This document shows, one piece after another, positions 1-9,349 of a stretch of 36,893 nucleotides of DNA (its first letter is position 1; every line of letters begins with the position of its first letter). The DNA comes from an uncultured Flavobacterium sp. (GTDB taxonomy: Bacteria > Bacteroidota > Bacteroidia > Flavobacteriales > Flavobacteriaceae). The notes under the pieces were generated by a model that worked only from the letters and a program-made list of their open reading frames with translations, was not told the origin of the DNA and made no database searches. The stretch spans positions 1 to 36,893 of the forward strand of contig CBDUEE010000001.1 in assembly GCA_965366105.1 (NCBI GenBank), in the 5' to 3' direction. Both the position numbers and the translations under genes were made by a program.

Positions 1-51
1 GATAAGCTAATTTGATATAGAAACTAATCCTATTCACTAAAATTCATGTTT

Positions 52-864
52 TTAAATAAAAACAACCATTAACCACCACAGAATAGGAATACTTTCCACC
101 CAAAAAGAAGTATAATATTTAGATCGTTTTTCATTTACAAAAATTAAAGAAAACGACACTAAAACCACTAAAATACAATTCACGATTAGTTGCTTAACAT
201 CAAAATTACTTTTCAAAAATTCTAAAAAGTAGAAAAGAATCATCAGTGCAATTCCTAGATTCTTTGTCAATTTCGCACCTATTTGCTGGGGTACTGTTTG
301 TAGATGCGGATCATCTTTTGACATATCAATGATTTCAAAAACAAGGATTAAAACAAAAATCAGAATAAATCTTTGGCTGCATTTTAGAAAAAAATCAGAG
401 GTTATGGCAACCTCAGCATTCAATAGCGGTAATCCAATAGTTACACCAACCCAACACAGCGCTACGATATAAATTTTTACTCCAGCCCAATTCCGTGCAT
501 TTTTTCTATTTGGAAAAAAAGGAAGTGTGTACAACAATGTAATACTCAAAAAAGCAACAGCTGTTATTTGAGTAATTCGCGCTAATAGAAAAAAATAATA
601 ACCAACTAAAGCCAGCGAACAAAGACTAAATATTGCAATTAACTTTAATTCGTTCCGCATTTGGGCTTTTTTGGCTCTAGCCAAGGCATCGTATTTTACA
701 AAATTGTATCCTACAACTGTTCCAAAAAAAGCAAAGTTCGCAACAGTTTCATCATAAGGAATGTGGAACATATGTTGAGTCATATGAACTAAAGCATAAC
801 AAGACAAACCCACATGAATACTGCTATTTATATAAAAATCAAATAGTAATTTAAAAACCTTCAT
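52..864 (-). CDS. UbiA-prenyltransferase-like integral membrane protein
   Basis: 270 aa, about 8 hydrophobic segments; acidic motif FEIIDMSKDD..LQTVPQ resembles the second Asp-rich motif of the UbiA superfamily. Confidence 0.6.
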   Translation of the reverse strand: MKVFKLLFDFYINSSIHVGLSCYALVHMTQHMFHIPYDETVANFAFFGTVVGYNFVKYDALARAKKAQMRNELKLIAIFSLCSLALVGYYFFLLARITQITAVAFLSITLLYTLPFFPNRKNARNWAGVKIYIVALCWVGVTIGLPLLNAEVAITSDFFLKCSQRFILIFVLILVFEIIDMSKDDPHLQTVPQQIGAKLTKNLGIALMILFYFLEFLKSNFDVKQLIVNCILVVLVSFSLIFVNEKRSKYYTSFWVESIPILWWLMVVFI

Positions 865-868
865 TAGA

Positions 869-876
869 CAAAATTA
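869..876 (-). promoter_or_regulatory. Bacteroidota -7 promoter element (TAATTTTG)
   Basis: Matches TAnnTTTG; ends 4 nt before the ATG at 864. Confidence 0.55.
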
Positions 877-1011
877 ATCAAAGTGTTAATAAGAACGGCT
901 ATTAGTTGAAAAATTCACAGAAAATCAACTCAGAAAAGGCTATTTATAGCATATTAATATTTAATTTTACAGCCTTTTAAAACAAGAAACACACAACACA
1001 TTTTATATACA

Positions 1012-3861
1012 ATGAAAACAGACGCTTTTGCTTTAAGACACATAGGTCCGAGAGAAAATGATTTAGAACACATGTTGAAAACAATTGGAGCTGAAACTCT
1101 TGATCAATTAATTGACGAAACTATTCCTAGCGATATTCGTTTAAAATCTGATTTAGATTTAGCACCTGCAATGACTGAATATGAATATTCAAATCACATC
1201 ACTCAATTAGGGAATAAGAATAAAATGTTCCGATCGTACATTGGTTTAGGGTACAATGAAGCAATTATTCCTGCAGTAATTCAGAGAAATGTTTTTGAAA
1301 ATCCAGGATGGTACACGGCTTACACGCCATATCAAGCTGAAATTGCACAAGGTCGTTTAGAAGCGATTTTAAATTTCCAAACTATGGTTATCGAACTAAC
1401 CGGAATGGAAATCGCAAATGCATCACTTCTTGATGAGGCTACAGCAGCAGCTGAAGCAATGGCACTTTTGTTTGATGTACGAACTCGTGATCAAAAGAAA
1501 GCGAATGTATGTAAGTTTTTCGTTTCTGATGCTATTTTACCACAAACATTATCTGTTTTGCAAACCCGTTCTACTCCGATTGGTGTAGAATTAGTGGTTG
1601 GAGATCATCAAGAATTTGATTTTTCTTCTGAATTTTTTGGAGCAATCCTTCAATATCCAGGGAAATTTGGTCAAGTGTACGACTACGCTGACTTTATAGC
1701 TAAAGCTGCCGAAAACGAAATAAAAGTAGCCGTTGCTGCTGATATTTTGAGTTTAGCTAAACTAACTCCTCCAGGAGAAATGGGAGCAGCTGTAGTTTTA
1801 GGAACCACACAACGTTTCGGAATTCCTTTAGGTTACGGAGGTCCACACGCCGCTTATTTCGCTACAAAAGACGAATACAAACGAAGCATGCCGGGAAGAA
1901 TCATTGGTGTAACCATTGACACTAACGGAAATCGTGCGCTTCGTATGGCATTGCAAACAAGAGAACAACACATAAAACGAGATAAAGCAACTTCAAACAT
2001 TTGTACTGCTCAGGTTTTATTGTCTGTGATGGCGGGAATGTATGCTGTTTATCACGGTCCAAAAGGATTAAAATATATTGCTAGTAAAGTTCACTCATCA
2101 GCAGTGACATTGGCAAACACATTAGAAAAAATAGGTTTTGAGCAAACAAACACAGCATTCTTTGATACTATCGTAGTAAAAGCTGATGCTCAAAAAGTAA
2201 AAGACATTGCAGTACAAAACGAAGTAAACTTTTATTACATCGACGAAAATACCGTTTCTATTTCATTGAATGAAACCACAAGCATCGCAGATTTAAATAA
2301 AATTGTGAGCATTTTCGCTTCCGCAAAAGAGACTCAGGCAATAAAAATTGAAAATTTATCGAAAAACAATCATTTTCCAGAAAGCATACAAAGAACTTCA
2401 ACTTTCTTAGAGCATGATGTTTTTACTAAACACCATTCTGAAACCGCTTTAATGCGTTACATCAAAATGCTAGAGCGTAAAGATTTAGCGTTGAATCATT
2501 CTATGATTTCTTTGGGATCTTGTACAATGAAATTGAATGCTGCTTCAGAAATGTTACCATTAAGTAATGCACAATGGAACAACATTCACCCATTTGCACC
2601 TTTAGATCAAGCACAAGGATACCAAGAAATGCTTGCTAAACTAGAGCAACAATTAAATGTAATTACAGGTTTTGCTGGAACTACATTACAACCAAACTCG
2701 GGTGCTCAAGGAGAATATGCAGGACTTATGGTTATTCGTGCGTACCACCAATCACGAGGAGATCATCATAGAAATATTGCTTTAATTCCCTCATCAGCTC
2801 ACGGAACTAATCCGGCATCTGCAGCTATGGCAGGAATGAAAGTAGTAGTTACAAAAACATTAGAAAACGGAAATATCGATGTAGAAGATTTGCGTGCAAA
2901 AGCAATTTTACACAAAGAAAATCTTTCCTGCTTAATGGTTACGTACCCATCTACTCACGGAGTTTTTGAAAGTGCTATTAAAGAAATCACGCAATTGATT
3001 CACGATAATGGTGGTCAAGTATATATGGATGGTGCGAATATGAATGCACAAGTAGGATTAACCAATCCAGCAACTATTGGAGCAGACGTTTGTCACCTAA
3101 ACTTACACAAAACATTCGCTATTCCTCACGGTGGCGGCGGACCAGGTGTAGGACCAATATGCGTTGCTCCACAATTAGTGCCGTTTTTACCTACAAATCC
3201 AGTAATACCAACTGGTGGCGAAAATGCAATTACCGCTATTTCGGCTGCACCTTGGGGTTCTGCATTAGTTTGTTTGATTTCTTATGGATACATCTGCATG
3301 TTAGGTGCTGAAGGGTTGAAACAATCAACAGAGTATGCAATCTTAAACGCAAACTATATTAAAGAGAAATTAAACGGTCATTATGACACTTTATATTCTG
3401 GTGAAATGGGTCGCGCAGCACACGAGATGATTTTAGAATGTCGTCCGTTTAAAGAAAAAGGAATTGAAGTAACTGATATTGCAAAACGATTGATGGATTA
3501 CGGCTTCCACGCTCCTACTGTTTCTTTCCCTGTTGCTGGAACTTTGATGATTGAACCTACAGAAAGTGAAAACTTAGAGGAATTAGATCGTTTTTGTGAT
3601 GCAATGATTGCAATCAGAAAAGAAATTGAAGAAACAACTTTAGACAATCCAAATAATGTATTAAAAAATGCACCACATACTTTAATGATGGTGACTACTG
3701 ATAACTGGAATTTTCCTTACAGTCGTGAAGCAGCAGCATTCCCATTAGATTATATAGCGGAAAATAAATTTTGGCCTACAGTTCGTCGAGTAGATGAAGC
3801 CTATGGCGATAGAAACTTAAATTGTTCTTGTGCGCCAATTGAAGCCTACATGGAAAGCTAA
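1012..3861 (+). CDS. gcvP: Glycine dehydrogenase (decarboxylating), glycine cleavage P protein
   Basis: 949 aa; RHIGP, YTAYTPYQAEIAQGRLE, LGSCTMKLN, PLP-lysine motif HLNLHKTFAIPHGGGGPG, C-terminal YGDRNLNCSC. Confidence 0.98.
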   Translation: MKTDAFALRHIGPRENDLEHMLKTIGAETLDQLIDETIPSDIRLKSDLDLAPAMTEYEYSNHITQLGNKNKMFRSYIGLGYNEAIIPAVIQRNVFENPGWYTAYTPYQAEIAQGRLEAILNFQTMVIELTGMEIANASLLDEATAAAEAMALLFDVRTRDQKKANVCKFFVSDAILPQTLSVLQTRSTPIGVELVVGDHQEFDFSSEFFGAILQYPGKFGQVYDYADFIAKAAENEIKVAVAADILSLAKLTPPGEMGAAVVLGTTQRFGIPLGYGGPHAAYFATKDEYKRSMPGRIIGVTIDTNGNRALRMALQTREQHIKRDKATSNICTAQVLLSVMAGMYAVYHGPKGLKYIASKVHSSAVTLANTLEKIGFEQTNTAFFDTIVVKADAQKVKDIAVQNEVNFYYIDENTVSISLNETTSIADLNKIVSIFASAKETQAIKIENLSKNNHFPESIQRTSTFLEHDVFTKHHSETALMRYIKMLERKDLALNHSMISLGSCTMKLNAASEMLPLSNAQWNNIHPFAPLDQAQGYQEMLAKLEQQLNVITGFAGTTLQPNSGAQGEYAGLMVIRAYHQSRGDHHRNIALIPSSAHGTNPASAAMAGMKVVVTKTLENGNIDVEDLRAKAILHKENLSCLMVTYPSTHGVFESAIKEITQLIHDNGGQVYMDGANMNAQVGLTNPATIGADVCHLNLHKTFAIPHGGGGPGVGPICVAPQLVPFLPTNPVIPTGGENAITAISAAPWGSALVCLISYGYICMLGAEGLKQSTEYAILNANYIKEKLNGHYDTLYSGEMGRAAHEMILECRPFKEKGIEVTDIAKRLMDYGFHAPTVSFPVAGTLMIEPTESENLEELDRFCDAMIAIRKEIEETTLDNPNNVLKNAPHTLMMVTTDNWNFPYSREAAAFPLDYIAENKFWPTVRRVDEAYGDRNLNCSCAPIEAYMES

Positions 3862-3871
3862 AATAAATCTT

Positions 3872-3903
3872 AAAATGTCTCGAGAAATCGGGACATTTTT
3901 TTT
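3872..3903 (+). terminator. Intrinsic terminator after gcvP
   Basis: AAAATGTCTCGA-GAAA-TCGGGACATTTT followed by a T run. Confidence 0.8.
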
Positions 3904-4113
3904 ACATAGCTAGAAAAACAGTTTAAATATTATTAAATTGCGAGAAGACCTTTCAATTATTATTTCATTATAAATAGAAAGAAATTTATTTCAAATAAAA
4001 ACAAAAAATATTTCTTCTCATTAAAACAATTACCATAATAAAATCATACTTTTATTTATGATTAATAATAAAATAATGAATATTTAAGCTTAAAACCTAC
4101 AATTCAATAATTA

Positions 4114-4125
4114 TATGCATGCATA
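4114..4125. promoter_or_regulatory. Perfect 12-bp palindrome TATGCATGCATA, candidate operator
   Basis: Self-complementary, 65 nt upstream of the FabH-like ATG, in AT-rich intergenic DNA. Confidence 0.45.
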
Positions 4126-4190
4126 GTAAATATTGTAGTAGTAATAATTTTTTTATGTTTAAATTAGCATAAATTTTGGAAAAAAACGCA

Positions 4191-5249
4191 ATGAAAATAA
4201 AAATAACCGGAATAGGAAGTTATATTCCTGAAAAAAGAATAAGTAATTCAGACTTTGTCAACCATGTATTTTTAAATGAAGATGGCTCAGCATTTGGCTA
4301 TCCTAATGAAGTTGTCATTAATAAATTCAAAGGAATAACCGGAATAGAACAAAGACGCTATGCCGAAGATCACTTATCCTCTTCGGATTTAGCCTATTTT
4401 GCAGCTCAAAAAGCAATTGAAAATGCTGGAATTGATCCTGAAACAATTGATTATATCATCTTTGCACATAATTTTGGCGATGTCAAAAAAGGCGCTATTC
4501 AATCGGATATGTTACCAAGTTTAGCGACACGTGTTAAGCATAAATTACAAATAAAAAACCCAAAATGTGTCGCTTACGATATCCTTTTTGGTTGTCCTGG
4601 TTGGATTGAAGGCGTACTTCAAGCAAACGCGTTTATCAAATCTGGTATGGCTAAACGTTGTTTAGTAATTGGATCTGAAACATTATCCAGAGTAGTAGAT
4701 GACCATGATAGAGATTCTATGATCTATTCTGACGGTGCTGGTGCTTCCATAATTGAAGCATCTGATGATGAATCTGGACTATTATCATACGAAAGCGGGA
4801 CTTATGCCATGGACGAAGCGAACTATTTATTTTTTGGAAAATCCTATGATCCAGCTTTAGACCCGGATACCCGATATATAAAAATGCATGGACGTAAAAT
4901 TTATGAGTTTGCCTTAACTACTGTTCCTGCCGCAATGAAAAGTTGTCTCGATAAAAGTGGGCTTTGCATCGATGATGTGACTAAAATTCTTATTCATCAA
5001 GCCAATGAAAAAATGGACGAAGCAATCATCCAACGATTTTATAAATTACATGGCAAACCGGTCCCTCAAGACATTATGCCCATGAGTATTCATGAGTTAG
5101 GAAACAGCAGCGTTGCAACGGTTCCTACACTTCTAGACTTATTAGTTAGAGGCGAAATAAAAGACCAAAAGATTAATAAAGGCGATATTCTTTTGTTTGC
5201 ATCTGTTGGTGCTGGAATGAATGTTAACGCTTTTATTTACAGATATTAA
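4191..5249 (+). CDS. 3-oxoacyl-ACP synthase III family protein (FabH-like)
   Basis: ITGIGSYIP start, TGIEQRR, catalytic Cys (LFGCPG), His (HQAN), Asn (GNSS), SVGAG; ATG at 4191 preferred over TTG at 4176. Confidence 0.92.
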   Translation: MKIKITGIGSYIPEKRISNSDFVNHVFLNEDGSAFGYPNEVVINKFKGITGIEQRRYAEDHLSSSDLAYFAAQKAIENAGIDPETIDYIIFAHNFGDVKKGAIQSDMLPSLATRVKHKLQIKNPKCVAYDILFGCPGWIEGVLQANAFIKSGMAKRCLVIGSETLSRVVDDHDRDSMIYSDGAGASIIEASDDESGLLSYESGTYAMDEANYLFFGKSYDPALDPDTRYIKMHGRKIYEFALTTVPAAMKSCLDKSGLCIDDVTKILIHQANEKMDEAIIQRFYKLHGKPVPQDIMPMSIHELGNSSVATVPTLLDLLVRGEIKDQKINKGDILLFASVGAGMNVNAFIYRY

Positions 5250-5467
5250 GTCATTTTTTATAATTACAAAAAAGCAGTTTTAGTTCATTTTTTTTTGGAA
5301 TGTAAATTGCCCAGTTTTTATTAAAAAAAAAATAAACTTCTTAATTAATTTCTATAAAATCTAACCATGAGACTAATAGAAAATTAAACCAAAGCAAAAG
5401 AGAATATAGTAGTTAATTATATTTCTCAAAATAATTTAGATTACAATTACTTGTTTTTGTACAATTT

Positions 5468-5610
5468 GGAGCTAATCCAGCTGTACATTACAATTCCTCA
5501 CTACAAAACTTGTTTTTCAAGGCCGCAAGAAAGCTTCTTTTAGTCGCTTTTTTGCAGCCAGAAAAACTACATTTAGAAGTTCCGGGATTTTCATTTCCAT
5601 CTGGGCTAAA
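5468..5610 (-). ncRNA. Structured intergenic element with periodic G.A-mismatch stem (Flavo-1-like RNA motif/repeat)
   Basis: Minus-strand arms CCAGATGGAAATGAAAATCCC (5604-5584) and GGAATTGTAATGTACAGCTGG (5497-5477) pair with regular G.A mismatches; inner stems GTTTTTC/GAAAAAC and GGCTGCAA/TTGCGGCC. Confidence 0.6.
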
Positions 5611-5638
5611 AAACAAGAATCAAAAACACTTTTATTAG

Positions 5639-5646
5639 TATATTTG
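5639..5646 (+). promoter_or_regulatory. -7 promoter element (TATATTTG) for the methyltransferase-GT2 unit
   Basis: Exact TAnnTTTG about 80 nt upstream of the start codon. Confidence 0.55.
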
Positions 5647-5726
5647 CATCCTGAATCAGAACGAAAAAATGATTCTAGCTCAAAACTAACCCAGATAAAG
5701 AACAAAGAATTACTTGGTTCCTCGAA

Positions 5727-6257
5727 ATGACTATGTACGAAAAAACGTTTCCTAATAAAAGATTCAAACACACTTTAGAATTTCTAAACAAACACATTAC
5801 AACGGCATCCACTATTTTAGATTTAGGCGTAGAAAACCCTTTTTCCAAAATAATGAAACAAGAAGGCTTTACTGTAAATAATACTACTGGCGAAGATCTA
5901 GATAACAATCAAGCAGTTTTTGAATTAAAAAAAACAGATGTTGTTACTGCATTTGAAATTTTCGAACACTTATTGAATCCCTATACCATTTTAAACGAAA
6001 TACAATCCGATAAACTTTTCATTTCTATTCCTTTGCGTTTATGGTTTTCTCCTGCTTATCGCAGCAAAACCGATATGTGGGACAGGCATTATCACGAATT
6101 TGAAGACTGGCAACTCGACTGGCTTTTAGATAAAACAGGTTGGAAAATAATCGACAGTGAAAAATGGACCAACCCAGTTAAAAAATTTGGCATTCGTCCT
6201 TTATTGAGAAAATTCACTCCAAGATATTATATTGTTTACGCTGAAAAAATAAAATAA
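5727..6257 (+). CDS. Small class I SAM-dependent methyltransferase-like protein
   Basis: ILDLG motif I (degenerate), DVVTAFEIFEHL motif, HYHEF; start may be the ATG at 5733. Confidence 0.75.
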   Translation: MTMYEKTFPNKRFKHTLEFLNKHITTASTILDLGVENPFSKIMKQEGFTVNNTTGEDLDNNQAVFELKKTDVVTAFEIFEHLLNPYTILNEIQSDKLFISIPLRLWFSPAYRSKTDMWDRHYHEFEDWQLDWLLDKTGWKIIDSEKWTNPVKKFGIRPLLRKFTPRYYIVYAEKIK

Positions 6258-6292
6258 GCTTTGACAAAGCTGAAAAGTCAAACAGAGAAATA

Positions 6293-7141
6293 ATGAATTA
6301 TTATATTGTTATACCGGCTCATAATGAACAGGAATTTATTTCTTTGACATTGGAGTCTTTAGTTTCACAAACCCTTTTGCCTAAAAAAGTAGTAGTTGTT
6401 AATGACAATTCTACAGATAATACAGCTGAAATTGTTATTGCCTTCGCCAAAGAACATCCATTTATTTCATTAGTCGAAAAGAAATCAAGTGCAATTCATT
6501 TACCTGGAAGCAAAGTCATTCAAGCTTTTCAAGCAGGTTTTGAAACAGTAGACGAAAATTACGATATCATCGTAAAAATTGATGCCGACTTAATTTTTCC
6601 AGTTAATTATTTTGAAACTATTGATAACCATTTCAAATCAGATCCTTCAATTGGTATGGTTGGCGGATTTTGCTATATCGAAAAAAATGGCGAATGGATT
6701 CTGGAAAACTTAACCGATAAAGATCATATTCGTGGTGCTTTGAAAGCCTACCGAAAAGAAGTTTTTAAACAAATAGGTGGTTTAAAACCACAAATGGGTT
6801 GGGACACCGTTGATGAACTACTTTGTAAATTTTACAATTGGAAAGTAGTTACCGATTCTTCATTACACGTAAAACACTTAAAACCAACCGGCGCTAATTA
6901 TAACAAAACAGCTCGATATAAACAAGGTGAAGCTTTTTACACTTTAGGATACGGTTTTACAATTACCGCAATTGCATCGGCAAAACTAGCGATGATGAAG
7001 AAAAAACCACTGTTGTTTTTAGATTATCTCAAAGGGTTTTGGAAAGCCAAGGCGGCAAAAATACCGCTAATGGTTACAGTTGAACAAGCAAAATTTATTC
7101 GCAAATACCGCTTAAAAAAAATGAAAGAGAAGCTTTTATAA
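6293..7141 (+). CDS. Glycosyltransferase family 2
   Basis: IVIPAHNE, VVNDNSTDNT, DAD (DxD) motif. Confidence 0.92.
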   Translation: MNYYIVIPAHNEQEFISLTLESLVSQTLLPKKVVVVNDNSTDNTAEIVIAFAKEHPFISLVEKKSSAIHLPGSKVIQAFQAGFETVDENYDIIVKIDADLIFPVNYFETIDNHFKSDPSIGMVGGFCYIEKNGEWILENLTDKDHIRGALKAYRKEVFKQIGGLKPQMGWDTVDELLCKFYNWKVVTDSSLHVKHLKPTGANYNKTARYKQGEAFYTLGYGFTITAIASAKLAMMKKKPLLFLDYLKGFWKAKAAKIPLMVTVEQAKFIRKYRLKKMKEKLL

Positions 7142-7209
7142 CGAAAACTCGTTACTCTAGACCCATAACTCATAACTATTTTTGTAATTTAGCCCATATT
7201 CACAAAACT

Positions 7210-7959
7210 ATGATGCTCATTCGATATATAACGCAGATAGGAAGGTATTTCCTGATGTTAAAAGAAATTTTCAACAAACAAACCAAGTGGTCTGTAATGA
7301 GAAATCTAATTTTTAAAGAAATTGATGACTTAATAATTGGCTCTCTTGGAATTGTTGCATTTATTTCCTTTTTCGTAGGAGGTGTTGTTGCAATTCAAAC
7401 TGCATTAAACTTAACTAACCCTTTAATACCGAAATACCTAATTGGTTTTGCCACAAGACAATCCGTAATATTAGAATTTGCGCCTACATTTATATCGGTC
7501 ATAATGGCTGGGAAAATGGGATCTTTCATTACCTCAAGTATAGGAACCATGAGAGTAACGGAGCAAATTGACGCTTTAGAAGTAATGGGAGTAAATGCTT
7601 TAAACTACCTTGTTTTCCCTAAAATAATTGCACTATTATTTTATCCTTTCCTTATTGGAATCGCCATGTTTCTTGGTATTCTTGGCGGCTGGATGGCTGG
7701 TGTTTATGGAGGTTTTACCTCAAGCGCTGAATTTATAAATGGAGCCCAAATGGAATTTATTCCTTTTCATATTGTTTATGCTTTTTTAAAAACATTGATT
7801 TTTGCCATGCTATTAGCAACTATCCCTTCTTTTCACGGATATTACATGAAAGGTGGCGCGCTTGAAGTGGGTAAAGCCAGTACAGTTTCCTTTGTTTGGA
7901 CATCAGTTTCAATAATACTTTTCAATTATATATTAACGCAATTGTTATTAGGATCATGA
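7210..7959 (+). CDS. mlaE: MlaE-family ABC transporter permease
   Basis: LEFAP, IGTMRVTEQIDALEVMG, GGALEVGKAST. Confidence 0.9.
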   Translation: MMLIRYITQIGRYFLMLKEIFNKQTKWSVMRNLIFKEIDDLIIGSLGIVAFISFFVGGVVAIQTALNLTNPLIPKYLIGFATRQSVILEFAPTFISVIMAGKMGSFITSSIGTMRVTEQIDALEVMGVNALNYLVFPKIIALLFYPFLIGIAMFLGILGGWMAGVYGGFTSSAEFINGAQMEFIPFHIVYAFLKTLIFAMLLATIPSFHGYYMKGGALEVGKASTVSFVWTSVSIILFNYILTQLLLGS

Positions 7960-8717
7960 TAGAGGTAAAAAACATAGAAAAATCATTTGGAGGAAATAAA
8001 ATACTTAAAGGTATTTCGACAATTTTTGAAACTGGAAAAACCAATTTAATTATAGGACAAAGTGGATCTGGAAAAACTGTTTTACTCAAAAGTTTATTAG
8101 GAATTCACACGCCTGAATCAGGTCAAATATGTTTTGATGGTAGAATTTATTCCGAATTGGCTCCAAATGAAAAAAGAGATCTTAGAACCGAAATAGGAAT
8201 GGTTTTTCAAGGTAGCGCGCTATTTGATTCCATGACTGTTGCTGAAAATGTTGGATTCCCTTTAAAGATGTTTACCAATGATAACAAAGCTAAAATTAAA
8301 GAGCGTGTAGATTTTGTACTTGAAAGAGTAGCACTAAAAGATGCACATCATAAATTACCCTCTGAAATATCGGGTGGAATGCAAAAAAGAGTTGCAATTG
8401 CTCGAGCAATTGTAAACCGACCAAAATACCTCTTTTGTGACGAACCTAACTCTGGATTAGATCCAAATACTTCAACTTTAATTGATAATTTAATTAAGGA
8501 AATAACTGAAGAGTATGATATTACCACCGTGATTAATACCCATGATATGAACTCTGTTATGGAAATTGGGGATAATATTTTATTCTTAAAAAATGGTCTA
8601 AAAGCTTGGCAAGGAACTAAAGAAGAGATTTTTATCACTGACAATGAAGCCGTAGTGGATTTTGTTTATTCTTCTAATTTATTCAGAAAAGTAAGAGAAG
8701 CGTATTTGAAAGGGTAA
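7956..8717 (+). CDS. mlaF: MlaF-like ABC transporter ATP-binding protein
   Basis: Walker A GQSGSGKT, FQGSALFDSMTV, ISGGMQKRV, Walker B LFCDEP; ATG at 7956 overlaps the mlaE stop (ATGA), suggesting translational coupling. Confidence 0.88.
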   Translation: MIEVKNIEKSFGGNKILKGISTIFETGKTNLIIGQSGSGKTVLLKSLLGIHTPESGQICFDGRIYSELAPNEKRDLRTEIGMVFQGSALFDSMTVAENVGFPLKMFTNDNKAKIKERVDFVLERVALKDAHHKLPSEISGGMQKRVAIARAIVNRPKYLFCDEPNSGLDPNTSTLIDNLIKEITEEYDITTVINTHDMNSVMEIGDNILFLKNGLKAWQGTKEEIFITDNEAVVDFVYSSNLFRKVREAYLKG

Positions 8718-8720
8718 GTA

Positions 8721-9323
8721 TTAACTTGTTTTCACCATCTCTACCTCAGCATTAGGATTGAATAAGTACATTTTTCCCGAACTAATTTCCAGACATTCAA
8801 AACGCTTGGTTCTCACCGCCATTTTCTTGAAAATTTTACCATTTGATATTCTGAAAACACTACCATAAGGAATTTCGAAAACGTAATTTTTATCGTTTTC
8901 TTGATCAAATTGTTTCAAAGCCAGGGATAAAGTAGTGTCGGTATCACTACTAGCGCTTGGATTCCTAAAATGTCTCGCCAACAAAGGTAATATTTGGTTA
9001 GGAAAAATTTCTGGCCTAATGTAAGGAACCATCAATTGCTGGAAAGTAAATTTCCACTCATTACCATGTGGCTTAATATTCCGACCAAACTTTTCGAAAG
9101 CCACTAAATGTGAGATTTCATGAATGAGCGTTATCAAAAAACGATATTTGTTCAAGCTCCCATTTACTGTAATTTCATGCTTACCACTCATTCCTTTTCG
9201 ATAATCACCATGACGTGTAGCACGTTCGTTGACAATTTTCAAATGCACTCTGTGAGCTACAATTAGCTCAAAAGCGGGTTTGACTGCGTGATCAGGAAGA
9301 TATTTAATTAAGGTTTCGCTCAA
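8721..9323 (-). CDS. SprT-like zinc metalloprotease domain protein
   Basis: HEISH (HExxH) followed by PHGNEWK; TTG start. Confidence 0.85.
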   Translation of the reverse strand: MSETLIKYLPDHAVKPAFELIVAHRVHLKIVNERATRHGDYRKGMSGKHEITVNGSLNKYRFLITLIHEISHLVAFEKFGRNIKPHGNEWKFTFQQLMVPYIRPEIFPNQILPLLARHFRNPSASSDTDTTLSLALKQFDQENDKNYVFEIPYGSVFRISNGKIFKKMAVRTKRFECLEISSGKMYLFNPNAEVEMVKTS

Positions 9324-9349
9324 AATATTGGTAACTAATTGGTTGTCTT

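Noticed and set aside
5517..5908. Minus-strand ORFs of 84 and 77 aa
   Set aside because: Antisense to the methyltransferase and running through the structured element; no protein motifs
7896..7955. N-terminal extension of the ABC ATPase in the ORF track
   Set aside because: Lies within mlaE; the ATG at 7956 (MIEVKNIEKSFG) is the typical start
8700..8740. Convergent mlaF and sprT separated by 3 bp with no terminator
   Set aside because: Common compact arrangement; no further evidence for antisense regulation
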